Shown in pieces: positions 16,208 to 26,216 of a stretch of 64,000 bases of DNA (positions within the stretch are counted from its first letter, which is position 1; every line of letters starts with the position of its first letter). The notes beneath the pieces are model-generated. The model made no database searches. It was not told the origin of the DNA and worked only from the letters and a program-made list of their open reading frames with translations. Made by a program: the position numbers and the translations under genes. The stretch lies in the IMG/VR virus record IMGVR_UViG_2974674860_000001, positions 26,491-90,490 of that record; one strand, 5' to 3'. The DNA is from a virus. Its lineage: Duplodnaviria; Caudoviricetes.

Positions 16208-17566
16208 ATGGATGAAACGGGCACACGAGCGAAGCGCGGCAGCGGCGGTATTCGATACCGGGCCGACAAGGACATCTGGATCGCCAGTGAAACCGTCACG
16301 CTCAACGGGAAGAGGACGCGACTCGAAGCCACGGGCAAGACCGAGACGAAGGCCCGCGCTGCCATCGCGAAGAAGCGCAACGAGTTCATCCGCGGGAAGA
16401 AGAAGAAGGCGAGCCGAGGAACCGTCACGGAGTGGCTGAACAAGTTCACCGACGAGATCGCGATCCATGACATCCGGCCGGGCACGATGCGCTCGTACAA
16501 GAGCGTCATCAACAACCACATCATTCCGACGATCGGAGACAAGAAGCTGGCCACCCTGGAGCCCGCCGACGTGCGCACGATGCGCGACGAGATCATGCGT
16601 CGCTGTGAGGCCGCGGACAAGGCGGGAACATCCAAGCGCAAGGGTGCCGGGCCGAGCCGCGCTCGATACGCACAGACGGTCCTGTCGGTTGCGCTCGCGA
16701 GAGCCGTCCAGGATGAAGTGATTGATCGCAACGTGGCGAACAAGGAGTACGTGAAGAAGCTGCCCGCTCCCGACAAGGCAGTGGCCGCGCTCGATGCCGA
16801 TCAGGCGAAGCGGTTCCTGCGCGATGTAGCCCGCAGCGAGGGCACCAACGCATCGCGGTGGGCGTTCGCGTTCCTGACGGGCGCACGGCAGGGCGAGATC
16901 CTCGGACTGGAGATCAACCGGCTCGACTTCACCTTCGACTCGTTGAAGCTCACCAAGCAGCTCCAGATCCTGCCGAACCGCCACGGCTGTGGTGAGCAGA
17001 ATGAAGACGGGACATGGCCGTGCGGGAAGACCGCTCCCCGTGCGTGCAAAGACCGTGAGTTCGACATCTCGCCGACGTACGCCGAGCAGGTGAAGGTGCT
17101 CCACGGAAGCCTCGCCCTGGTCCCCACCAAGACGAAGATGTCGAAGCGCGACCTGCCGATGGTGGGGCCGTTGAAGAAGATCCTCCAGGCGCACCTGGAG
17201 GCCACGGCGCATATGCCCAACCCGCACGGCCTGGTGTGGCGAAACGAGGACGGTTCGCCGCTGCAGCCGCGCAGTGACTTCGATACGTGGTCGGACGCTC
17301 TGACGAAGAGCGGCTTTGATCACATCAAGCTGCACTCGTCGAGGTCGAGCACGGCCAGCATCATGAGCGACATGGGAATCGATCGCGAGGTGATCGCGGA
17401 GATCCTTGGACATACCAATCTGGAGACCACGGCTGGCTACGTTGCGGTGGGTGACAAGTTCCGGCGGGATGCGCTCGGAAAGGTCGGCGGTGCGCTGATG
17501 CTGGAGCTGTTCGGAGATGACGATGGTGACGACAACGCCCCGACGACAGAAGCCATCGGGGCGTGA
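16208..17566 (+). CDS. int: tyrosine integrase
   Basis: N-terminal arm-binding domain (RGSGGIRYR). Catalytic R (GARQGE), HSSR, LGH and TAGY. ATG 16208 with AGGAG RBS. Confidence 0.95.
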   Translation: MDETGTRAKRGSGGIRYRADKDIWIASETVTLNGKRTRLEATGKTETKARAAIAKKRNEFIRGKKKKASRGTVTEWLNKFTDEIAIHDIRPGTMRSYKSVINNHIIPTIGDKKLATLEPADVRTMRDEIMRRCEAADKAGTSKRKGAGPSRARYAQTVLSVALARAVQDEVIDRNVANKEYVKKLPAPDKAVAALDADQAKRFLRDVARSEGTNASRWAFAFLTGARQGEILGLEINRLDFTFDSLKLTKQLQILPNRHGCGEQNEDGTWPCGKTAPRACKDREFDISPTYAEQVKVLHGSLALVPTKTKMSKRDLPMVGPLKKILQAHLEATAHMPNPHGLVWRNEDGSPLQPRSDFDTWSDALTKSGFDHIKLHSSRSSTASIMSDMGIDREVIAEILGHTNLETTAGYVAVGDKFRRDALGKVGGALMLELFGDDDGDDNAPTTEAIGA

Positions 17567-17589
17567 CGGTGATCAGGTCAGGCGCGGTC

Positions 17590-18363
17590 CTACGGGAACT
17601 CGGCGAGGTGTCGCTGCCGGCGCGGGCATTCCCCCGAGGTCTCGCGGAGTGCGACGGTCATCGCGAGCCCGGCAATGATCGAGGAGGCGAACACTACCGA
17701 GGTGATGCTGAGTGTGTTGAAGAAGGTCTCGGCCGGTACCGAGTTGTTGAACACGAAGCCAAGCGTGACAACCTGGCTGCCCCAGGCGAAGGCTGCGCCG
17801 GCGCCGAAGAGGTAGACGGCGATGATGTGCTTCTCCACGAAGCTCTGGGCGCGAACAACAATCGATGCGTATCCGAAGCACATGCCAGTAATGATGGCCA
17901 GCATGCCGAGCAGGATTGTGTAGGCGTTCATCCAGACGCCCTCGAAGCCCTTGAACTGCACGCCGTCGGGGAACTGGGTCGAGTCGGCGTAGGGGGAGCG
18001 GATGTAGGAGAGGATCATCCCGCCGGCGACAAGGACGCAACAGAGGATGACGGCCAGATGCAGGTCTGGTCGCCCGAGCGAATGGACGACGTGAAGCAGG
18101 AGGAGGGCGCACAGTATGACCGAGAGCATGTCGCTGAGAAGCTCACCAGTATTCGCCGCGCCGACCAGGTCGTAGACAGGCCTGCCGATCAGTGGGTCCT
18201 GAATCCTCGGGGTTTTGGCAACAAGGGCGACCGCAAGAACGCCGGACGCCGCCGTCATGTATCGAGAGCTTGGGTCGATACGCCAGTACAGGACCACGCG
18301 GATCAAAAAGATGGTGGCGAGCAGCAGGGCTGCTACTCCAAGGACGATGGTTGGGTGGTGCAT
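17590..18363 (-). CDS. polytopic membrane protein (about 7 TM)
   Basis: Alternating hydrophobic segments; TGATG-coupled to the upstream HTH gene. Confidence 0.75.
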   Translation of the reverse strand: MHHPTIVLGVAALLLATIFLIRVVLYWRIDPSSRYMTAASGVLAVALVAKTPRIQDPLIGRPVYDLVGAANTGELLSDMLSVILCALLLLHVVHSLGRPDLHLAVILCCVLVAGGMILSYIRSPYADSTQFPDGVQFKGFEGVWMNAYTILLGMLAIITGMCFGYASIVVRAQSFVEKHIIAVYLFGAGAAFAWGSQVVTLGFVFNNSVPAETFFNTLSITSVVFASSIIAGLAMTVALRETSGECPRRQRHLAEFP

Positions 18364-18746
18364 CAGCTCAAGAAACCTCTTCCCCGACGCCGCGGTTTGG
18401 TGGTGCGTACGCCGGCGTGCTCACCGCGGGCAAGAGCACGCGACGCCAGCTCGTCGAGCAGCTCTATCTCGGGGATAGCTGCCAATGGTTGTATCGCCGA
18501 ACCCGCGACTTTCGCTACATCGGCGAGGTCAAGATGCCCGAGTTCTACAAGCATCTGGGACCGCGACACCTGGAAGAAGTCGCACATCTGCATGACCTCT
18601 TCGAGTCGGAATCCCTCGTTGCCCGACATGCGTCGCGAGATCGTCGACACGTGGACGTTGAGGGCTTCGGCGATCTCGGACCGAGTGACATCTCGGCCGA
18701 GCATTTTGCCGAAGATCGCAATCGACTGCACTGTATCTCCGTTCAT
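18363..18746 (-). CDS. HTH DNA-binding protein (repressor-like)
   Basis: TRSEIAEALNVHVSTISRR HTH; lies next to the integrase. Confidence 0.75.
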   Translation of the reverse strand: MNGDTVQSIAIFGKMLGRDVTRSEIAEALNVHVSTISRRMSGNEGFRLEEVMQMCDFFQVSRSQMLVELGHLDLADVAKVAGSAIQPLAAIPEIELLDELASRALARGEHAGVRTTKPRRRGRGFLS

Positions 18747-18955
18747 TAAGCGCCCCCTGAGTGGAGCCTGTGCTGGAGATGTCTAGTTGCAGGTCTGCAC
18801 ATCGCCGTTCCGGGGTAGAAGGTACAGGTCAGAGCGGGTAGTTGACAATCCAAGTTCACTCAGGGTTAACTCGGTCGTGCAACAGCGCACACCGGGGGTC
18901 GGCGGTGCGACGTGCAACACCCATCTCCAGCCCTGCGTGATCGTGAAGGATCTCA

Positions 18956-19180
18956 ATGTCATCCTGTGAGCCACCTGCCGTGGTAGCCATCGTCCCCGTC
19001 ACAACCCTCGGCGAGCCCGTCGAGTTGAGTACCGAGACCGTTGACGGTGAACGCCTCTTTGTGATCGAGATCGGCGAGATGCTGATCGACCTCGATCGGG
19101 ATCAGGCCGTGCTGATGCACAGGATGTTCGGTGCGCTTTTGCACGCAGATGATGACGCCCCTCTCACGGTTGCTTCCTGA
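18956..19180 (+). CDS. hypothetical protein
   Basis: GAAGGA RBS; followed by a terminator. Confidence 0.55.
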   Translation: MSSCEPPAVVAIVPVTTLGEPVELSTETVDGERLFVIEIGEMLIDLDRDQAVLMHRMFGALLHADDDAPLTVAS

Positions 19181-19192
19181 ATAGAGCAAAAC

Positions 19193-19229
19193 AGCCCGGC
19201 AGTGATTTTCTCACTGCCGGGCTTATTTC
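19193..19229 (+). terminator. intrinsic terminator
   Basis: AGCCCGGCAGTGA-TTTTC-TCACTGCCGGGCT followed by TATTTC. Confidence 0.8.
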
Positions 19230-19297
19230 TGCGGTTAAGACGGGGCCGCACGTGATAGCGGTCACAATGGCATAGTCTGGGCCGAGATCGACGAAAG

Positions 19298-19618
19298 GTG
19301 ACGATGAAAGGTAGAGACAAGGTCTTACGGCAAGCGGATCGACTCGGATGGAGAGCGATTCAAGCCGACTGGAGACACGCCTCGTTTATCAACGACAGCA
19401 ATGTCGTGGTCAATGTCGACTTCACGCCCAGTAGCGGCGTGCGGTGGGGATCAGTAACTCAGTTCCCGACCGGCAACCTCGACAACTACCGCCAGGCTTC
19501 TGAGCTGAGCCGGCGGTTGCGCCCAAAGGTCCTCAGGCAGACAGGGACCGAACGCAAGGCAGATGATGTCGCCGAGTGGCTTCGGATGTATCGCCCCGTC
19601 TATCGAATGAGCACCTAG
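19298..19618 (+). CDS. hypothetical protein
   Basis: Standalone rightward ORF that converges with the leftward operon. Confidence 0.55.
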   Translation: MTMKGRDKVLRQADRLGWRAIQADWRHASFINDSNVVVNVDFTPSSGVRWGSVTQFPTGNLDNYRQASELSRRLRPKVLRQTGTERKADDVAEWLRMYRPVYRMST

Positions 19619-20987
19619 CCCTCGCTCGCGTTGGCGGCGTCCTCGACCTCTTCCAGCTCCTCCAGGAGCGCCTTCTGCGCCTTCAACCGAGACTTGCCCA
19701 GCGCGGATCGACCGGACGGCGTGTGGGTCGCACGGAACTTCGTGGAGTCGGCCTCATCGCGCACGAGCACAATGTCATCGGGATCGATGTAGTCCAGCGC
19801 ATCCAGTGATGGCCAGGTGCCGTCATCGTTGCGTCGGACATACACGCCCTGGTCGTATTCGGAGATCCGGCCGCCCATGCCGGCCGACGGAATCCACCGC
19901 ACGATTTCCAGCTCGGGATGGCGGCGGTATCCGGCGTCGTGGAATGAGTCGGCGAGACGGATCGCGCCGCCGTCGGCGAGGAACACCTCAATGCTCGGCA
20001 TCCGGCCCAGCGCGGGCGCTCGCATGTTGTTGAACCGCTCGTAGAAGTACTCGCGGCCCTCGGTCGGCTTCACGAACGACGACATGTCGAGACCCTCGGC
20101 CTTGGCCTTGGCGATCTTCTCGGCGGCGTTGAAGTCGACTCGCTGGATCACCTTGCGGTTCGGGTGGTTCTCGATCGGGCCACTCATCGCGTGGTTCGCG
20201 TTCCGAGCTTGGTCTGTCGCTCACGCATGCGGGCGAAGGCCTCTTCCGCGGCCGGCGTCTCGGGTGCGGTGCCGTTGTTCACGATGGTGACCTCGCCGCG
20301 GACGAACCGCTGCTTCGGGTACGCCACGGCATCGCGAAGGGTGGTGAGCTTGTCGTTGACTTCGCGCAGGAGTGCGAGCACTTCGCGCTGGAACTCCACG
20401 TCAGCGCCCATCAGTAGACCTCCAGCACATTGATCGAGACCGCGGTTTTGTGCATGTCCGACAACAGGTTCGCCCTGCGCAATGCAGCCTTGCTGTCAGT
20501 GAAGACCTCGGTTGGCGTGCTGTGGATCGAGAGGATGTGCACCTTCGGCGAGTCGTAGGTCGCTCGCGCTTCCGCCTCGTCGACCTTTGCGCTCATCCGT
20601 GCCGAATACTCCTCCAGCTCGGCGATGACGTCGGCCGACGGGCGCTTCACGAGGCGCAGGGGTCCGTAGAGCGCGTCGAGTTCATCGAGCGAGAGCTGCG
20701 AGGAGATCTCGCGGTCTTCGCGATGCCAGAAGTCATCGACGGCCCGGCGCTCCCAGACGTCGTCGAAGCGGTCGGTTACCAGGGTCATCCGATCAGCCAC
20801 TTTCCATATTCGGTGAAGGTCATGCCGAGGTAGTCGGCGAGGGTGTAGTCGGCGCCCTCGTAGCGCGCCAGTGTCTCGGTCGCGCCGGGCGGCAGGGAGT
20901 GCCACTCGTGCACCAGGTCATCGATCTCGTCCGCGGTCAGCTCTTTCCAGGCGCCGGCGGGTGCGGGGCCGATCAGCGGGATCACAC
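19615..20987 (-). other. four hypothetical genes at the distal end of the leftward operon (19615-20187, 20184-20411, 20411-~20788, 20785-~20987)
   Basis: Overlapping start/stop codons and phage-like codon usage. Confidence 0.55.
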
Positions 20988-21605
20988 GAACCTCCTGGCG
21001 AAGGCGCCCTTGCCGACGACGTTCTTGGCGAGCTGGAGGAACGGGGGGCGGCCGCCGAGGTCGCACGAGGACACGGACATGCAGGCGGCCTCGACCGCGT
21101 CGGCGAGGACGTCCTTCATCGACGGCGAGATGCAGTCTTCGAGGCGGCCTGCGATGTAGCCGAGGGTGAAGTCACCGCCGGTGCCGATGGCGTCGAACGC
21201 GGCGGCGGGCTCCATCGCGGCGTTGTCGAGCAGGCGGTAGATCTTGTGGCCGATGACCATGAGGAAATCGCCGTTGATTCCCTGCTGGCCGTCCTCGTAG
21301 GTGAGCATCGGCGGCAGGGGAGATTCCATGATCCGCTTCGTGACTGCGCGAGCTACCGAGTCGGCCCAGATGATGTCGGGGCCGTCCTTGGGCAGCGGTG
21401 GCAGTATCAGCCCGTGCAGCAGGGATGGGATCGCGCTGTCGCCGGCCATGCCGATCAGTGCCGGCGTGTTGCTGCCTTCGATCGGGAACTCGCGCACCTT
21501 CGGCGAGTTGTCGATGAAGAGGACGTCGGTGTCGTCGTACGAGCACGCCCAGTCGGCGGCGATGTATGCGCTGTTGCCGTCAATGACGGCGGCGATGATG
21601 GTCAA
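20982..21605 (-). CDS. Ntn-hydrolase, proteasome-beta/HslV-like peptidase
   Basis: TTG 21605 gives M-T-I-I-A-A (Thr1 nucleophile), AYIAAD, a Lys about 33 residues in (SPKV), IGMAGD and AIGTGG. Confidence 0.7.
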   Translation of the reverse strand: MTIIAAVIDGNSAYIAADWACSYDDTDVLFIDNSPKVREFPIEGSNTPALIGMAGDSAIPSLLHGLILPPLPKDGPDIIWADSVARAVTKRIMESPLPPMLTYEDGQQGINGDFLMVIGHKIYRLLDNAAMEPAAAFDAIGTGGDFTLGYIAGRLEDCISPSMKDVLADAVEAACMSVSSCDLGGRPPFLQLAKNVVGKGAFARRFV

Positions 21606-21991
21606 TGCCTGTCCTCTTCGAGCGCGGAGAATCGGTAGATCAATCGGAGGTATTCGTCGAGCGACATGACGGCGAGATGCACGGGCGGGCGCCCGCCGGA
21701 GCCGCGGCGCTTGACCACGAGCGCGGCCGTATCGGCGGCGGCTCGCTCGCTTTGCAGCTCCAGCTGGTCGAGCCATTCACGCCACTGGGGTGTTGCGACA
21801 TCCTTCGTCTGGAGGATGTGCTGGCCGCCGAGGGCACCCAGGTGGCCCGTTTCGCGGAAGAGGTGAATGTCGCCCTGGTCTTCCATGCGGCCGGGCCGGG
21901 TTCGCTTGGCTCCAGCGAACCCGGCCTCGATGGCAGCGGCTAGGACATCACGCTCGTACTTGTCGCCCTTGGCCTTGTTGCGATTGGCCAC
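21602..21991 (-). CDS. Holliday junction resolvase (PD-(D/E)xK)
   Basis: NKAKGDKYERDV...DQGDI...LQTKD. Confidence 0.8.
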   Translation of the reverse strand: MANRNKAKGDKYERDVLAAAIEAGFAGAKRTRPGRMEDQGDIHLFRETGHLGALGGQHILQTKDVATPQWREWLDQLELQSERAAADTAALVVKRRGSGGRPPVHLAVMSLDEYLRLIYRFSALEEDRH

Positions 21992-21993
21992 GG

Positions 21994-22314
21994 TCAGATG
22001 TGTGAGCCGATGGAGTACGGCCGGACATGGTTCTCGGGGCGCCAGTCCTCGATCGGTCCGATCCAGGTTGCACCGTCGGTGCCATCGACCGTGGCGAACT
22101 CGCGGCCGCGGGTGCCCGGGGCGATGATGTCCAGGACGGGGATCAGTGCGTCGAGGTCGTCCAGCTCAGCCGGTACGCGGGTGTAGCGGAAAGGTCCGCC
22201 CGTGGCGAGGTCCTCGTCGCGCACCTGGAGCAGATGCCGGGCCAGTCGCCGGTAGCCGAGGATGGCGGGGTCGAGGACATCCTCGGCCTGTCCGGTCACC
22301 AGTGGCGCGCTCAT
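21994..22314 (-). CDS. hypothetical protein
   Basis: Coupled to the neighbouring genes. Confidence 0.5.
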   Translation of the reverse strand: MSAPLVTGQAEDVLDPAILGYRRLARHLLQVRDEDLATGGPFRYTRVPAELDDLDALIPVLDIIAPGTRGREFATVDGTDGATWIGPIEDWRPENHVRPYSIGSHI

Positions 22315-22763
22315 CGCTTCAACTCGGCGATCTGGTCGGCGACCGCGCACCAGTCACCGCCGGGCTTCGCGTCGGCGAATGCGGGGATCTGCTTGGGGTA
22401 CCCGCTCGGGCCGACGACCTTGGCCTCGAAGAGGTTGGCCTGGCGGCGGTTGTAGTCAGTGCGGATGTTGCGGTAGGTCGCGGCGTAGGCCTGCGCGGGG
22501 TCTTCGATCAGCAGCGGGTTGCCGTCAGCCTTGGCCACGGTGCTCGCGGTGCAGGCGTTGTTCGCGGCGTCCTGGAGGGCCTCGAACTTCTCGATCACCT
22601 GGGTGTACTGGATCTCGACGTTCTCGGGGCTGACGACCTCGGCGGCCTTGTCGCCCCAGGAGACTGCGTAATTGCAGCCGGCGACACCGATCAGCAGGAC
22701 GATCAACACTCCCACGGTGCCGAAGACGAGGCGGCCGATGGATGGCTCTTTGGCGTTGCTCAC
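22311..22763 (-). CDS. membrane-anchored protein
   Basis: GTG 22763; N-terminal TM. Confidence 0.65.
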   Translation of the reverse strand: MSNAKEPSIGRLVFGTVGVLIVLLIGVAGCNYAVSWGDKAAEVVSPENVEIQYTQVIEKFEALQDAANNACTASTVAKADGNPLLIEDPAQAYAATYRNIRTDYNRRQANLFEAKVVGPSGYPKQIPAFADAKPGGDWCAVADQIAELKR

Positions 22764-23041
22764 TTGGCGGCCTCGTCCTTCTGCCGGGCGATGGCCGCGT
22801 TGGCGAACATCATCGCTTCTTCGATCTTGGTGAGGGCGAGGGAAAGCTCGCGGCCCTCGGGGCAGTACGTCGACACCACGGTCGCGAACTGCTTGGCGCC
22901 GAGTCGAACCATGTCGTGGTCGTTGCGGCGCTCGATGGTGGTGGCCGGGTGGTAGTCGAATCGGCCGGCGAGCGCGGGGAACTCTTCGGCGGCGGCGTCG
23001 ACGATGGGCCGGATGAGGCCGATCATGTCGGTGGAGTTCAC
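22760..23041 (-). CDS. Acb2/Tad1-hairpin-like (DUF7681-like) protein
   Basis: RFDYHP...VR..AK.FA....CPEGRELSLALTKIEEAMMFANAAIAR. Confidence 0.65.
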   Translation of the reverse strand: MNSTDMIGLIRPIVDAAAEEFPALAGRFDYHPATTIERRNDHDMVRLGAKQFATVVSTYCPEGRELSLALTKIEEAMMFANAAIARQKDEAAK

Positions 23042-23256
23042 TGTTCTGCTGCGTCCTTCTTTGCGAGGAGGGGGGCGAGGTGGGGGTGCTCGACGATGAA
23101 GGTGAGTAGCCCCATGACGACGTCATCGGGGAGGTCGGAGGCCTTCGGGCTGCCTTCGCCGTAGCCGGGGTTGCGCTTGATGGTCAGCGTCCACGCCGCC
23201 TCGTCCGAGAGGCCGTAGCCCGAGTCCGAGGCGACGTGAGTGACGACTGAGATCAT
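23038..23256 (-). CDS. hypothetical protein
   Basis: Four-base overlaps on both sides. Confidence 0.5.
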   Translation of the reverse strand: MISVVTHVASDSGYGLSDEAAWTLTIKRNPGYGEGSPKASDLPDDVVMGLLTFIVEHPHLAPLLAKKDAAEQ

Positions 23257-23870
23257 CGGGGGAGCGCGCCTTCGAGGATCTTCTGTGCGCCGGCCTGGTC
23301 ACCCTTGGCTAGGGCGTCCTGGGCGCGCTTCTGTGCGTCGGCGAGGCCCGGGTCGACGGCGAGTGCGATCTCGGTCTTCTCGCGCTGGAACTGGGTCGGC
23401 TGCGTGGTGCAGAAGGTCTCCAGGCCGAAGAAGTCGACGTACTGGCCCGAGGGGGTGAATCCGTAGCGGTAGCCGGGCGGGTTGCCGTGGTACATGCCGT
23501 CCACGGATCGGGCCTCGGCGGTCCAGTTCTCACCGTTGTCGTAGGCGAGTTCCTGACCGCGGAAGTAGCTGACCGAGCTGGAGGTGAGCTTGCCGCGGAT
23601 CGGCACGGTGAACAGCGGCGCGCTGTCATTCGGGAAGGTGGCGGTGCACCAGATGATCGTGTTGGGCGAGTCGTAGAGCTTCTGCGCCTCGTTGTAGTTG
23701 TTGAACTCGACGTTGTTCTTGGGGATGTAGGCCCCGCCGCGGTTGTTGACCTGCGCGTTGACCTTGTCCTTGTCGGACTGCACGGCTGGGTCCGACTGAC
23801 CACATGCGGTCAGTCCGGCGGCGAGCCCCAGGGCTGCGACGCCGGCGAATACCTTGTGCTTCAACTTCAT
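23253..23870 (-). CDS. lipoprotein
   Basis: MKLKHK...LAAGLTAC lipobox signal peptide. Confidence 0.8.
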   Translation of the reverse strand: MKLKHKVFAGVAALGLAAGLTACGQSDPAVQSDKDKVNAQVNNRGGAYIPKNNVEFNNYNEAQKLYDSPNTIIWCTATFPNDSAPLFTVPIRGKLTSSSVSYFRGQELAYDNGENWTAEARSVDGMYHGNPPGYRYGFTPSGQYVDFFGLETFCTTQPTQFQREKTEIALAVDPGLADAQKRAQDALAKGDQAGAQKILEGALPR

Positions 23871-23881
23871 TCCGATTCTCC

Positions 23882-24415
23882 TTATCGAATGACCACGGGT
23901 GTGGTCGGGGTGAGCACGAGGGACTTCATGCCGCGCTCGGTGTTGATGCGTACGTGAATATCGATCGCCTTCGCGCACGTTTGCGATGGCCGAATCCGCG
24001 CTCGGACTTCGTGAATGACCCCGCCGAGGCTGCCGACTTGGAGCATCTTGCCGGCGTGCTCGGGGCGTAGCGATGCGGCGATCATGCGATCACTCGGGTC
24101 CGGTGGCGGTGAGGGTGTATCTTCATCTGGCTCTTCTCCGTTCGCGATGGCCTGCAGTCGTGCGTAGGCCTGCTTGTACGAGTCCGTCGAGGTGTCTTCG
24201 CTGAGGGCAACCCCAGCGACGATCACCCCGATCGGCGCGTCGGAGACACTCAATGCGTATGCGGCGCAGGGCTGGTGCATCCCGCAGGGGGCGCAGAGGC
24301 TGCGTGCGTAGTTCTGCATCGGTCCGCGGCGGGAGTCGGTGAACCAGCGGTTGCGGTCCTCAGCCGTGCGGCAGAATGCGGTGGTCATCCAGTCGCGGTC
24401 ATTTGGCTTCGGCAT
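23882..24415 (-). CDS. whiB: WhiB-family transcription factor with C-terminal extension
   Basis: W...AFC...WF...ARSLCAPCGMHQPCAAYAL...GVIVAG, four Cys. Confidence 0.8.
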   Translation of the reverse strand: MPKPNDRDWMTTAFCRTAEDRNRWFTDSRRGPMQNYARSLCAPCGMHQPCAAYALSVSDAPIGVIVAGVALSEDTSTDSYKQAYARLQAIANGEEPDEDTPSPPPDPSDRMIAASLRPEHAGKMLQVGSLGGVIHEVRARIRPSQTCAKAIDIHVRINTERGMKSLVLTPTTPVVIR

Positions 24416-24446
24416 CGTGTGCTCCACTCTATCTCACGAGACACGC

Positions 24447-24483
24447 AACAGCCCCAATCCAGGGGCGCCGGATTGGGGCTGTT
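24447..24483 (-). terminator. hairpin overlapping the operator-like motif upstream of whiB
   Basis: AACAGCCCCAATCC pairs with GGATTGGGGCTGTT. Confidence 0.6.
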
Positions 24484-24507
24484 GGCGGCAAGTCTCGACG
24501 GAAGGCG

Positions 24508-25620
24508 TTACGCCCAGGGGTCTTCGCTGGCGTCGGCCCAGGGGTCGGCCGGGTCGGTGTCGACCGGGGACTCCTTGGCGGCCTGCACTGCGGACTCGAC
24601 GACCTTCGAGTTGATCCAGAGTGAGATCCGGCTTCCCTTGCGGGACTTCTGCGACGAGCGCAGATCGCCGATGCGGGTGATCCGACCATCGGCCGCCAGC
24701 TCGGCGAACTTGCGGCCGATGGTGTTGCGATTGCCGGTGGTGACCATGTCGTGCACGTCGTCAGCGGAGAAGGGGTAGCCGTAGCCGATCAGCGACTCGA
24801 TCGCGGCGTCGACCGTCTTGGGTCGCAGCCGCAGCGTCGGATCGACGAAGACGCTCTTGTTCTCGGGCTGGTAGGTGATGGTGCCGGTCATTCGGCGTCC
24901 TTTCGCGGTTGGTCATCACGGGGGAGTTCGAGCGTGGAGAAGATCTCGCGCAAGGCCCGCTCGATCCGCGGCTTGAAGGCCGCGGGCAGACGCTCGGCGA
25001 TGTAGGCCGGCGCGGTGCGATAGACGATCTCGGTCGAGACGTCATCGGCCATGGCGATGAGTGCCGTGCGGATCTCGGCACGTTCGGCGGGGGTCACGGC
25101 TTCTCCATCACTGCCCAGGCTTCGGGCTCGTGGATGATGCGGGCCTGCTCGGTCTGAACGGCGACCAGGGCCTCGTAGACAACCGGCCCGGTCGGAACTC
25201 CACTCTGGGTGTACTGAACGGCCAGTCCCATCATCTTGTTGAAGGCAATGGCGACCGCGAGGTAGCGCGACCGAAGGCTGGCCTCGTCGAGGGCATCGGT
25301 CCGCTCGCGGATGCGGGCTTCGATGTCGTCGCGCAGCTCGACGTGAGCGAGGGTGCTCATGACTGAGTCCCGTAGACGGTGGCGAGGTGCGCCTCAGAGT
25401 AGCTGAGAATCGTCCTGATCACCCGGGCCTGCGCGTCACGCTCGGGCCCGGCCGGCATGGCGCGGATGGCGGCGAGGGTGGTCTGGATGTAGAGCATCAG
25501 GAGGTAGAGCTTGGCGTTCCTGATGTCCTGGTGGAGCGTGTCGATCGACTGGCCGACCCTGATCGCCTCGGCGGTCGGGAGGGCGAAGTCGCTGAGGTCG
25601 AGAATGTCTGGCTCAGGCAC
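24508..25620 (-). other. four hypothetical genes (24508-24891, 24888-25097, 25094-25360, 25357-25620)
   Basis: Four-base overlaps; the first may be HTH-like. Confidence 0.6.
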
Positions 25621-25700
25621 GTGGACTCCTTGAGTGGGGGAAGATCGGGCGAGCGGGGCGGGGTGAAAGGAGGAAAGTCCCCACCCCGCTCAAGCCCTGG

Positions 25701-26201
25701 TCAGAACGGCGGTTCGTCGTCGCCGTAGTTCGCGAAGTTGCCCTGCCCCTGCGGCGTGCCGCCCCACGGATCGTCGCCGCGCTGCTGCTGCTGGCGGCCC
25801 TGGTTGCGCTGCTGGCCCTGGATGGCGCCGCCGACCGACTGCTGGCCGCGTCCGCCGCCGTTGCCGTTGCCGTCCTTCTTCCAGACCTTGAAGAACTTGA
25901 TGTTGATGACGTCCTTCGACCGCTTCTGGCCGGTGTCGCGGTCTTCCCATTCCTGGGTCTCGGGCTCACCGACGATCTCGATGCGGTCGCCCTTGACGGC
26001 CTGCTCGGTGATCGCCTCAGCCTCGGGGCCCCAGGCTTGGATGTTGGCCCAGTGGGTGGCGAGGGTCTCGTAGCTGCCGTCTTGCAGCCGCTTGTTCTTG
26101 TTCGCTGCGGCGCGGAGCGACACGACAGCAGTGCCGCTCTGGGTGAACCGCAGTTCTGGGTCTGCGGCGAGGGTGAAGGTGCCGAAGATGCGTGCGAGCA
26201 T
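25701..26201 (-). CDS. ssb: single-stranded DNA-binding protein
   Basis: DPELRFTQSGTAV OB fold; G/Q-rich linker; DDEPPF tail. Confidence 0.95.
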   Translation of the reverse strand: MLARIFGTFTLAADPELRFTQSGTAVVSLRAAANKNKRLQDGSYETLATHWANIQAWGPEAEAITEQAVKGDRIEIVGEPETQEWEDRDTGQKRSKDVINIKFFKVWKKDGNGNGGGRGQQSVGGAIQGQQRNQGRQQQQRGDDPWGGTPQGQGNFANYGDDEPPF

Positions 26202-26216
26202 ATGGGTTGTCTCCCT

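Noticed and set aside
19298-19618. HicA-like toxin
   Set aside because: Only a loose L..LGW resemblance; the GSH motif and an adjacent HicB are absent.
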